Below are positions 31,101 through 42,797 of a stretch of DNA of 64,000 bases, piece after piece. Both the position numbers and the translations under genes were made by a program. This DNA is from Monocercomonoides exilis PA203 (Eukaryota > Protista > Preaxostyla). The DNA lies in NCBI GenBank assembly GCA_001643675.2, contig LSRY02000052.1, forward strand, positions 310,001 to 374,000, given 5' to 3'. The first letter of the stretch is position 1. Every line of letters starts with the position of its first letter. Below the pieces are notes generated by a model that did no database searches, was not told where the DNA came from, and saw only the letters and a list, made by a program, of their open reading frames with translations.

Positions 31101-33629
31101 TTTTCTCGCTGACTTGTTAATTCCTTTTCTCTCTGTGCCATCTTCCTCTCCTGTTCTTCCTTTTCATTGTTTTCTCTCTCTTTCATTTCATTGATCCAGT
31201 CATCTCTTTCGCTAAGCATTGCTTCAAGGTGCCTGATAACATCGCGAAGATGTTGGTTTTCTGTCACTTTTCCAGACTGATACATCGGAACAGAAATGGA
31301 GTTCGACATTGTGGTGGTAGATTTAACTGGTGCCTTTTTCAAAGATGACGATAAGTTGCTGAAAATTGGACGAAGCTCTCTTGGTGATGATGGCGAGTGA
31401 TGATATGTTGGAGAATATGTGAGTGCGGCATTTGTGGAAGCAGGAGAAGTGCCAGTGGAAGAAAATGGTGAATATCGAGAGCGAGACGGCGTTGAAGTGG
31501 CAGATTGTGAGGAGTTAAGCTGAGATGGAGAAGAATAGGCAAGAGAGGACTGAAGGCGATGTGGAGATGAAAGAGATCGCATAGTTGCAGAGCTCGGTTG
31601 AGTTGGCAACTGATAAGATGCGGAAGGCTGTGGCTTAGCTTCGTTATGAATTGGATTTATGTTGTAGATGCGTGGAGTGATGATCTGGGAAGATGACGGA
31701 CGAGGGGGCAAACGCTTAGTTGAAGTGAGTTGCTCTTTAGGCTTTTCCTGACTTTTTTCTAAAGAATTTGAAGATATTTCGCTTCTTGGTTCTGGTCCGG
31801 TTGCAACATAATTTTCCTCTTCACGTCTATCGGTAGATTCCAAATTATCCTCTTTCTTTTCTTCTTCTGCTTCTTTTTCGTCAATTTCTTCTCTGAAAGT
31901 TTCGTTATCATTCTCCATTTTGACGTATTCGTCAACTCTTTCCTCCAAAAATTGATCTGTTTTCGAAGAAAACAGCCTCGCTTTTTCTCTTTCGAACTTC
32001 TTTCCTTCAGATTCAATCAGCATTGTCAGCCCGGCTCGGCAGAATGCTCTGATTCGTGCAGTATATCGCAGTGATGAGAGAACATCCTCGGCAAGCTTTC
32101 TGGAAGATGAAGGAATAATTAAACTTTCAGTAACACTCGAAGGATATGCAGTTCGAGTCAAACTTGATGAAGGTGAATAAGATGAATGAGGTGGCAAAGT
32201 CTCTGCTTGTTTGACTGGAATTGTTGGGATAAGTGTGTGGATGAAAAGAATGTTGCTTCTCTCGTTCAGCGTGTCCTTCAGAAAATAGGTAAGTTTTGAA
32301 TCACGATATGGAACATGTGGTAAAGGCTTCGCTGATAAGTTTTCAGCTTTCCATGTCTGTATCATCTGATCAACAAGACATTGGTGCGCTTTCTCTCTCT
32401 TTGTTTGAGCATCTTCCTCACTTGTGTCTTGTTTTTCTTCATTCTCCTCTTCTTCACTTCTCCAATCATCTTCATTTTGCAGCTCTTCCAATAAAGATGC
32501 TCGAATTTTGTCTAATATCGGGCTTCGTTCCAGCACTTTTCTGCTGTGAAGGCATTGCAGCACAGTTGAAAAAGCTGTGTAGACTTTTGATTTCATGGCT
32601 GCCATTGATGCAATGGTTGAAGCAGATGCTGTGGAAGTTGTCTGGACGGTTGAAGAGAATGACTGACTTGTTCCAGGCTCCCACCTTGCCATCTTGACAA
32701 TGTTCATCTTAACAGGAGTCTGATTTAATCTGGCTCGTCCAAATTCATCGAGATAACGGAGTTCCAGTGAGCAAACGATATGCGCAATGCAAGCTTTTTG
32801 GCCTGCTTTTTTTCTAAATTCTACATTTTCATCTGAAACTTTCAGCACAGACAAAATGTCATCCACAGATGCAATTCTCCTCCAGGCTGCTCCAACAACC
32901 ATCATTCCTCGATCTTTGTCTTCTCGTAGCTTCAAGCCACTATCATTGTTGATTTGAACATTTCTTTGTGGCGTCAACGATATTTTTGCTCCCTGGGGGA
33001 AACCACTTGTCATGGATTCTGATTCTTTGTCATTCACATTCCTCAAAAGATCATAAATTGACTCATTATAAAACTAAAGAAAAATATTCACATTCAATTT
33101 AATGAAATCAAAAAATAAAGAAAAAATGAAAATTTTTAAATTGAAAAACCATTGTCATTGAAGCAAATAGTGCTTGTTTTTGTTGATTTTGTTTCGATTT
33201 TGATAGAGAAAGGAGTATATCAAGTACAACTCGAGGTATAATTCCCAATTTTGTAATGTTACTTAAGGTTCCTTGAAATGTGTATTGCTTTCCAGATCTT
33301 CTTGGACCGAATATCAAAATAGTTGAATTGTTTCCGTTGAGCATTTCCTCTGTATATGATTTGACATTATTTTGATAAAACACATTTTGAGGAGATGCGA
33401 TTGATAACGAATCAAATGTGAAATTGCCTACAAATTTTTCTTTCTGTTCCATTTCGTTTTCAGTGGATTCCACAAGATTATCAGGTGTTTCTTGACTTAT
33501 TTCATTTTCCATTTCAAAAGGCTGCGAAGTTACATAAAGTTGTGAAGGTTTCTGCGGAACAATAAAGTTCAATTCAGATTTCACTTCTGGACTAACTCTA
33601 CTTATGACATGGAAAAAGCTTATGTCCAT
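28169..33629 (-). CDS. Divergent kinesin-like protein: N-terminal motor domain, coiled-coil stalk; 2 exons
   Basis: FTFD, NSTILIFGPRRSGKQYTFQG, GIIPR, FYNESIYDLL (across a phase-0 intron), LKLRED..RG..V.G and HVPYRDSKLT..LKDTL...SSLRY..R. Confidence 0.85.
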
Positions 33630-33703
33630 TTAGCAAACTTATAAATAACAAAATTGCAGCAAATATTGTCATTTGAAACAAATTTTGTTTTCATATATAT
33701 CAA

Positions 33704-36700
33704 ATGAAAAAAGTATTAAAACAACATACTTCAGGAGATATAGCTTATTTATGTAGATTTTTATTCAAACACTCTGATCATGATACATAACATTATTTTA
33801 TTTGTCAACCTTTAATTATAATTTTTTGTTGAATGTCAATTTTCCCTCTTGTAGATTTATCGTTGGCAATACAAGAAGATGAATTACATAATATCGAGGA
33901 AGCTATTTCTTTATACAGTTCACTAGAACAGTTTGGCCTTATTTGTGTTTGGAAATTTCATATTTTTTAATTTTAGAAAAATTATCAAAATCATTCCACA
34001 AGATTTTAAAAATGAAAGCACACATGTTTGATTTTTATTTCAGCAATTTGATTTCTGAATTTTAATCGAAAATACTTTTTCTATTATTTTTAGAATCTAT
34101 TAGAATTGCTTCTTATTTGTGTTAAGCAACGAGCAATTGCACTGAAAAATCCAAGTGAAGGGATTTCACTAAATGAAATATCTTCTTTGCTCAAATACTT
34201 GTCAGAAGATCAACACAATTTTTCTTGGCTGTGCCCTGAAAATATTACATTGTTATGTAAACATCTTAATAGACTTAGTGTTTTTCCATCAAAGCTGTAC
34301 GTTTTTTAAAATAGACATTCCTTTTGACAAATAGCTTTGTTTGACTTTAAATGTTATGAATTTTTAGTGCTGATTATTTTCTTCGAGATGAAGTATCTTA
34401 TTCTTTGCCTCCCTTGATAAATGGATCATCAAACACGAAAAAATTTCACACTGCGCAAAAAGTTAAAATGCTTGAAATTCCTCCCGTTAACGACTCGGCT
34501 TGGGATGATTCAGTCAATAGTTGCGAAGCTGCATCACAAAAATACGGTACATATCAATCACTTGATTCTCCTCATTCGCCAAAAAGAAAGTATTCATTGC
34601 AAGAGAGGAAAGCTTCAAGCCCTACGCCTAAGGTCAGAACAATCCGAAGCAAAGATTCTGGTTCTTTTGGAACGAAGGCGAAGACGAATGAAAAAGAAGG
34701 CGAAGCAAACGCCATTGCAGCAACCATTCCGGTGGAAGTGGAAAGCGCCAAGGATACGATGAGACCGCAGACACGAAGTAAGAATTTCACGATAAATCTC
34801 AACATGGACATGTTTGGCGATGCAGACTGGAGCGACGAGGATGACGACTACGACGAAGCAACTGTGGACAAATTCGACGCTTCAAGCAAAAACAGTCACA
34901 AGAAAAACGAAGAAAAAAGCAAAAAAGGCAAAAATAAGAATGAGTTTATAGAAATTCCATTGTCAGATGATTTTCCATCAAGCCCCAAAGAAGAGGAGGT
35001 AACGCCTCACTCAGCCAGACTCGGGGTGCATTCGTCGCTTCATTTGCTTCCCCCCTCCGCTTCTCTGTCAGGGCCATCCTTCACTCTCATTGATGACAGA
35101 AAAACAGCACATGAGAGGAGGTCATTTGAATCAAATGAGAACGAAATGAAGTGCAAAGGGAGCCAGCTGTTGAGGGATTTCTCTTCATCGACGATCTCTT
35201 CAGGCAGCGAGCATTCGGCACACGACGCCTCACTCACTTCGCTGTTCAACATCCTTCCGCAGCCTGTTGAGCAAACGCCAACACTTCGCTCGCTCATCAA
35301 ACAGCCACCTTCTGTCACTTCGCCCACTTCTACGTTTCCTTCTTCCTTCCCTTCCTCTTCCTCTTCCTCTTCTACTGCTGCAACTTCTTCTTCTTCTTCC
35401 CATCGCACCAAGAACTCTCTCTTCCACACCCCTCAAAATACTCTGAGTCCTGAGTCTCTCAAATCCAACTATCAACCTCATTCTGCCGGCACATCTCCCA
35501 ATGGCACTCCACGTGTGGCACCTCCGTCTCGCCTTCCGCCTTTGCCGTGTTCAGCCAGTCCTCATTCTACCAACTCCCTAAGCACATGCAGCTCGCAGTC
35601 TTCTTCTCCTCTCCTCTCCAGCAGCAGCAGCAGCCCAACCTCATCTCAGTCTTCGCAATCGTTCTCTTCTGCTTCATCCTTCACTTCTTCTTTTCTGTCT
35701 CCTCAGTTCGCACAGCACCACGCATCCACTTCCCCACACTCGCCTCATTCTCCCCATTCTCCCCATTCTCCGCACAATCGTCTTTCCTCTCCTTCCTCTC
35801 TGTCTCACTTCAGGCGCAGTGTGTCTGTCTCATCTGACCGCTCCTCCACCATCCTCGACTTCTCCTCTGTCATCCCCGAGCTCTGCTTCAACCCTGCAGG
35901 TTCTTCTTCAGATAATAATGCTGCTGCTTCTTCAGTTACTTCTTCACCTTCTCCTTCATCTTCTTATTCTTTTTCTTATTCTTATTCTGCTGCTGCACCC
36001 TCATCTGTTTCTCCGCAGCATCAGCACACAAACTCAGACTCGAAGATCTCGTATCTCCTGCCCAATTCATTCAACCTGGACATCCTTGATCCGCTGGATG
36101 TCGATGCAAATGCTGCAGATTCTCCCTCGCCTCACTTCGTCCGCAGCCGCTCTCCAATCAAAGTGAGGCAGCAGCAGCAACAACAACTGCAGCTGCGCCA
36201 TCAGCCGGCTCTGCTTTCAGAACATTCTCGTTCTGCTCAATCGTCTCCTTCTTCCTCTTTTTCCTCTTCCTCCTCCTTGTCTTCTTTGTCTCTTCTGCCG
36301 CAGTCGCCGCAGGCTAACCAGTCATCGCATTTGAGTGCGGCTGTGTCGCCAACACCAACCTCTCCTTCTTCGCAAGTGTCGCCTTCTCTGCACAGCTCAG
36401 TGCACCCGGCTGATCCATCAGCTATGCTTTATTCTTTTGCTGACACACTCCAGCAGCATAAACATCAACAGCTTCAGCATCAACAGCAGCAGAATCAGCT
36501 GAGTCACTCTTCAAAGAAGCATCCAGCGCGATCGCTTTCGATTGAGACTGCAAATGCTCAGCCTTCTTCTTCTCCATCACACAAGCCAACATATTCTCCT
36601 TCCTCCACTTCTTCTTTTTCTTTGCTCAATTCAACCTTCTCTTCTTCCACTTCTTCTTCGTCGTCATCGTCTTCTTCTTCTTCCACCTCCTCATCCACCT

Positions 36701-37137
36701 CCTCCTCTCCTCTCTGCTCCACACCTTATCTCTCTAAATACTCTGGGTATTCACCCATCAACATTTCACCTTCTTCTTCCAGCCCTCGTTCAGCTCGCAC
36801 TGCTCTATCGCATTCAATCGCTTCATTGAGCATTCAAGCTTCTTCCTCCTCCTCTTCCTCCTCCTCCTCAGTTTCTCCCTCTTTTACTTCATTGTCTGCT
36901 TCCTCTTCTGCTTCCTCTTCACCTTCCTCATCTGCGTCCTCTTCTTCATCTTCATTGCCTTCATTGTCTTCATTGCCTGTCACTTCACAGCTGATGTCTG
37001 TCAGACTTCCTCCTTTGAAGCTCTCATCTGCGCAAACACTCAACAATACAGCCACTCCACACGCTGACATCTCAACGCCAAGCGATTCTTTCTCGCTTTC
37101 TCCAACAGACAAACATTGTGCAAGTAGGAAGTTCTGA
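33704..37137 (+). CDS. Hypothetical protein with a helical N-terminal domain (Aida_N/MIT-like) and a very Ser-rich tail; 5 exons
   Basis: Four GT-AG introns give MKKVLKQHTSGDIAYLYLSLAIQEDELHNIEEAISLYSSLEQKII...LLELLLICVKQRAIALKNPSEGISLNEISSLLKYL, in frame with the 34405-37137 ORF. Confidence 0.7.
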
Positions 37138-38722
37138 ATATAATGGCAGTATTCATAAGTTTTTTATTTTTTGCTATCTGTGAGATGAGATATATATTTT
37201 CTTTGTTTTATCTCATTGATTCTTCCATTTTTTCCTGCTGGTTTATTATCTTACATATTAATTTTCTGTCTTGTTTGAGATTATTTTTTTAATTTTTGAG
37301 GAAATTTTTGACTTTTGCATTATGTTGTGTATGTATTTTGCTACTTTTTCTTTCAAATCTCATTATCTTTTTAAGAACAATATAAATTCTTTTTTTTTTT
37401 ATTATTATTATTTCCTCTTCTCCATTTGGTGTGTGTATGTGTGTGTTGCTTCACAGGTTTATATTTGCAACGAAAATGAGTGACTTTTGCAATCTTTTTT
37501 CTTCATATGTTTTGATTATATTTTTTTCAATATTTATTTTTTTAGCTATTTTTCGACATCCAGTTTCTTACAATGGAATATATTTATTCTTAAATAATTT
37601 TTAAAAAATGATTAGCAGTATTAATTTTTTATCACAGAATTTTTCATCGTTCTTTTTCGTTCGTTCTTTCTTTTGCTATTTATTTTCACACTTTTTGAAT
37701 GAACTATTCCTCATTTGGTCTTTTTCCATTTATCGTTCTTTTCTGAAACGTTTGGAAAAACATTTGATGAATACTTCTTTTTTTTATTGTGTTTCATTTC
37801 ATTTCGAATATTCATACTTTCTTTAAGCAGCTCTTGGAATATTCCCCAACAACTGGAAAAGGCTGCTTAATGTTTTGGCAATGTGCGCTCGCATATGCAA
37901 AACTCCAGCATCTTTGCTATTATGACATATCCATAACGATGAAATGAAATGAAAAATGGCTATTAAACAAATGAGCAGGGGAAAAAAAAAGCAAAACTTT
38001 TATGAAATGAACAATTATTAATGGTCTGAAAATTAAAAACAAATAACACAGATCATAACAAGAATTTAACAAATCAAGAAATATTTAAGGATTATGTAAT
38101 AAAAAGATAAAACAGATAAAACAATACGGGAACGTGAAGACGCCAGGCACAGCAACAGCCAATGGCAAGAGATAGAAGGCACATATTCATTCAATTTTCA
38201 TAAGAGAAACAGAAAAAAAGAAAAACTGGGTTTATTTTAAAAATATAATCATAAAATAAGTGTGTGGAAAGTGAAATACAAGGTGCGTGCAATAGAAATG
38301 GCCTATTCTCAATAATATATAGACACAAACGAAGCTGACTAGAGAAAAAATACCTCTCTTTTTTTTAATTTTTGACAAGAAAGACAGAGACAGAAGAATA
38401 GTTCAGATATCACACAAACAGAAAAAAGCATACATTGAACAAGCACAAAATGACTTTAGGCAAAACTTTATTCATAACACAGAGAAAGAATCGTTCATCG
38501 GAAGATCAGAATGGAAAGGGGAAGGAAGGGTGGGGGGTGGAGGGTGGAGGGGGGATAAAAGCAAACAATATGCTCATTCGATATACAGAAACCAAATTGT
38601 TGGATTCCGAAAAAAATAAGAAGTTAAAAAAGATTTAAAAAACCCAGTTTTTTTTCTCTTTCCTTTTATACGTTTTATCTCTTGTTTTCATTGACAACAT
38701 TCTTCAATGAAACATAATGGTT

Positions 38723-41700
38723 TTACTGTGCATCTGTCAGGAGATCATCCACAGTTGCTGACGTCTTCAAAGAGGAAGAGCGCAGCTGAGGAGACAGCAA
38801 GTTCGCTAGTGAAGAAGAAGAAGAGGAAAGAGAAGAAGAAGCAATTTGATTGTATGTCGGAGCGAGTGATGTCAAAGCACCTGTCGAAACCAGCTGTGCC
38901 TGTGACTGTGATTGAGTAAGTGCTGTCCCCTTCTCAGCTGCCTCGTCTGCTGCCATCGCTGCCTCTGCCTCGCGTATCGCCATCGACTCCTGCCGCAGCA
39001 TCCTGTTCTCTCTCGCTCTCCTCATCTGCACTCTCTCATTCGCCTCTGTGTCGTCATCGTCTTCGTCGGTCTCGGCATCGCTGTATTCACTTTGTGAGTC
39101 GTCAATCGTCGTCTCTCTGCCTTCGGTGCCTTCTGTTTCATTGTCTGTTGCATCTCCATTCGCTCCTTTCTTCTTCTTGTTCTTCTTGTTTTTCTTATTT
39201 TTCTTCTTCTTCTTCTTCTTCTCTTTATTCCCTTCCTCTCCTTCTCCTTCTCCTTCTCCTTCATTTTCTTCTCCCTCCCCCTCTCCTTCCTCCTTGCTTC
39301 TCCTCTGCTTCTTCCTCAAGTTCGCAAAGGTATCAATATGTGGCTGTGGCTGCATCCCTGCCTCAATCATCAGCTCGTCCAGTTGTGCCTCCAGCTTCTT
39401 CCTCTCTTCGGTCTCCACATCCATCTGCCTCTCAATCTCCCTCTGCACATTCCTCTGCCGCTGCTTCTCCTGCTCTTGCTCCGACTTCCGCCGTTGCTTC
39501 TCCTTCACTTTCAGCGCCAGAAGCTCATCACTCGTCATCACTGGCGTCTGATCTTCTCCTCCTTCTCCTTCTCCTTCTTCTGTCTCTCCTGCTTGTGCCT
39601 TTGCCACTGCCAATCTGTTGGTCTTCTCCTCCTCTCTTCTGATCCTCTCCTTCCACTCTTTCCTCTCCTCCCGCCTTCTCTTCACAAAGTCCATCTTCCT
39701 CTGGTGCTCCACCATTATCAGCTGCAGCGTCTCTCTTTCTCTCTCCCGCACTTCTGACAGCTTTCCTTGCACTTCCTTGATTCGCATCAGCTGCTGCTGC
39801 CTTTTGTACTTCTCCAGCTCCTTCGCACGCTTCTCCCTCGCTTTGCGCTCTTCCTCTTCTTTCTTCTTCTTCGCTTTTGCTTCTTCAATCTTCCTCTTCT
39901 TCTTCAGCTCTGCCTCTTCCCTCTTCCGTCTGTGGTACTCTTCATACAGCTGCCTCTTCCTCTGCTGCTCCTCCTGCATCTTCCTCTTCATCTCCTCCTC
40001 GCAAAAGTCTCTCATCAGAATCTCCTCCCTCTTCATCATCTGCTGCTCAGCATACATCCTCCTCCTTTCTTCCTCCTGCTGCAGACGCTCCTTCCGCCCT
40101 TCCTCTCCCAGCAGCCTCAGCTCTTCCTCCAACATCATCCTCCTCTCCTCCTCCTCGTTCTTCTCCCGGTTCATCTCCATCTTCCTCAGCTTCTCTTTCC
40201 TCTCCCTCTGCCTCTGCTCTTTCTCTTGCTTCAGCTTCGCTATTCTCTCTCTTTCTTCTTGCTCTTTCTTCGCTTTCAGCTCTCTTGCTTGTTTGGCCTT
40301 CTCTTCCTTCTGTTTCCTTTCTTCCTCTTTCTTCTTCTTCTCCTCCCTCTCTTTCCTCCTCCTCTCCTCCCTCTCTTTCCTCCTCCTCTCCTCCCTCTCT
40401 TCCTTCTCCTTCCTCTTCTTCTCCTTCATCTCCTCCTCTTCCTTCCTCTTCCTCTCAACTTCCTCTGGATCCTCCTTTTCTGAGGCATCGCTCGCACTTT
40501 CTGCTTCGCTCTCCAGCTTCTCCATAAACCTCTTCATCCTCTCCTCCTTCAGCTTCCGCTCTGCCTCTTCCACAATCATCTTCTCCATCTCCCTCTCTCT
40601 TTCCTTCTCGTCTGCAATCGCTTTGACTTGTTTTTCCTTCTCTATCAGCTCCTTCCTCGCCTGCTCTTCCCTTTCCAGCCTCTCTTTCTCTCTTTTTTCT
40701 TTCCATTCCTTCAATTGCTGCTCTCTTCTTTCTCTCTCTCTTTCTCTCTCCTTCTCTCTCTCTTTCCTTTCTCTTTCTTCTCTCTCTGCTTTCTCCTTCT
40801 CCTCCTTCATTTTCCGTGCAAACTCTTCTTTCTCCCTCTTTTCTGCCTCTGCCTTCTCCTTCTTCTCCCTCTCTGCTTTTTCTCTCTCCTCCTTGTTCTT
40901 CCTCAGCTGCTCCGCCCTTTCCTTCTTCGCCTTCTCCACTTTCACATTCTCTTCTGCCACCCTCTTCTCCTTCTCTTCTCTGTTCTGTTTGATCCTCTCC
41001 TCCTTCTCCTTCTTATCTTTCTCTTCTTTGTCTCTCTTCGCCTTCTCTCTCCTCTCTCTCTCCTGCCTCTCTTTCCGTGCCAGTATTTCAGCCTCCTTCT
41101 GCTGCCTTTCAAGCTCCTTCTGCTTCTCCCTCTCCATCTTCGCCTTCAGCTCTGCCTCATCTCGCTCCCTCTTCTTCTTCTCCTCTGCCTCTCTTCTTTC
41201 TCTGTCTTCTTTCTCCTTCTTTTCCCTCTCTTCCTTCTGTTGCCTCGCCTTCTCCTCTCTCCACTGCCTCTCCTTCTCTCTCTTCTCTTCTGCCAGCTTC
41301 TCCTGCATTTCTCTTTCTTCTTTCTCTTTCCTCTCTTTCTCTTCCTTCATAATCCTCATCTGCTCCCTCCTTTCTTTCTCTTCCTGCTCTTTCCTCTCTC
41401 TCTCCTTCCTCTCCTTCTCCTTCTTCTCTTCTCTCCCTTTCTTCTCCCTTTCTCTCTTCATCCTTTCCTCTTTCTCTTGTTCTTCTTTCTCTTCCTGCAG
41501 CTTCTTCTCCATCTCCTCCTTTTCTCTTCGTATCTGCTCCAACCTCTCCCTCTTCATCTTCTCTTCTCTCTCTTTCTTCTCTTTCTCTGCTTTCTCCTTC
41601 TCCTCTCTTTCTCTCCTCTTCCGCTCTTCCTCTTCTTTCCTCTGTCTTTTGATTTCCTCCTCTTCTTTTGCCCGCTCTGCCCTTTCTTTCTCTCTCTTCG

Positions 41701-42728
41701 CTCTTTCAATACGCTCTCTTTCTTCCTTCTCTGCTCTTTCTCTCTCTTCCTTCTCCTTCTTCTGCCTCCTCCTCTCCTCAATCATCTTCTCCCTCTCCAA
41801 ATCCCTTTCTGCCCCTTCTCTCTCTTTCCTCTCTCTTTCCCTCTTCTCATAATTCTCCAATAATACTCTATCTCTCTCTTCTTTCTCCTTCCTCTTCTTT
41901 TCTTCCTCTTCTTCTTTTCTCCTCCTTTCTTCTTCAATCATCTTCTGCTTCTGAATCCGATGGAGCTCTGCTTTCTCTTTCAGTTCTCTTTCATACTTCT
42001 CCCTCATTTCTTGTTCTTCCCTCTCCTTTCTCTCTGCCCTTTCTCTTTCTTTCCTCTCTTTCTCTTCTCTTTCCTCCCTCATCTTCTGTTCCTTCAGCCT
42101 CTTCTCTGCTTCCCTCTTCTCCCTCTCCTCCTTCTGTCTCCTCGCCCTCTCCTCCTCTTGCCTTCTCTCTCTTTCCAATCTTTCCCTCCTTTCTTTTCTC
42201 CTCTGCTCCTCCATCTCCAATCTCTTCCTCTCCTCCTCTTCTTCCTCCAGCTCCCTCTTCGTCTTGTACGTCCTCCTCTGCATTCTGCCTCTGTTAGACA
42301 CCCACTTCTCTCTGCCCCACAAATCTCCGCCTTCCTCTTCCTCTCCTGGTGTCTTCAGTTCTCTTTCTCTCTCTCTTTCTCCTTCTCTTTCTCTCTCCTT
42401 CTCCTTCTCCTTCTCTCTGTCGCTTTCCACCAGCGTCACTGGCGAATGCACAGAAGAATACACAGCAAACGACGACGAGCGTGAAAGAGGTGTCTGTCTG
42501 CCAGCATTGACAGAGACTGAACGCAGCTGACTCATCCGCTGCTGCTCAGCCAGACGCGACTGCCGCAGCCTCTCTTCCATCTGCGCTGTCCTCTCGTCTT
42601 CTTTCGCCAGACGCTCTGAAATACGCTGCAGGGCACGCGACCAGACATCGGCATGCACTCGCTCTTTCCACTTCTCTGAAGGGAGGGAGAGAGAGGGGGA
42701 GGAAGAGGAAGAGAAAGAAGAAGAAGAA

Positions 42729-42797
<69 letters not shown>

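Noticed and set aside
37850-37868. GCCTTTTCCAG on the minus strand, resembling U5 snRNA loop 1
   Set aside because: It lacks the invariant GCCUUUUAC, has no closing stem in the right place and no Sm site downstream.
38920-42530. Long plus-strand S/L/F-rich ORFs (up to 744 aa)
   Set aside because: Antisense shadows of the E/R/K-rich gene; the pyrimidine-rich strand lacks stops by composition.
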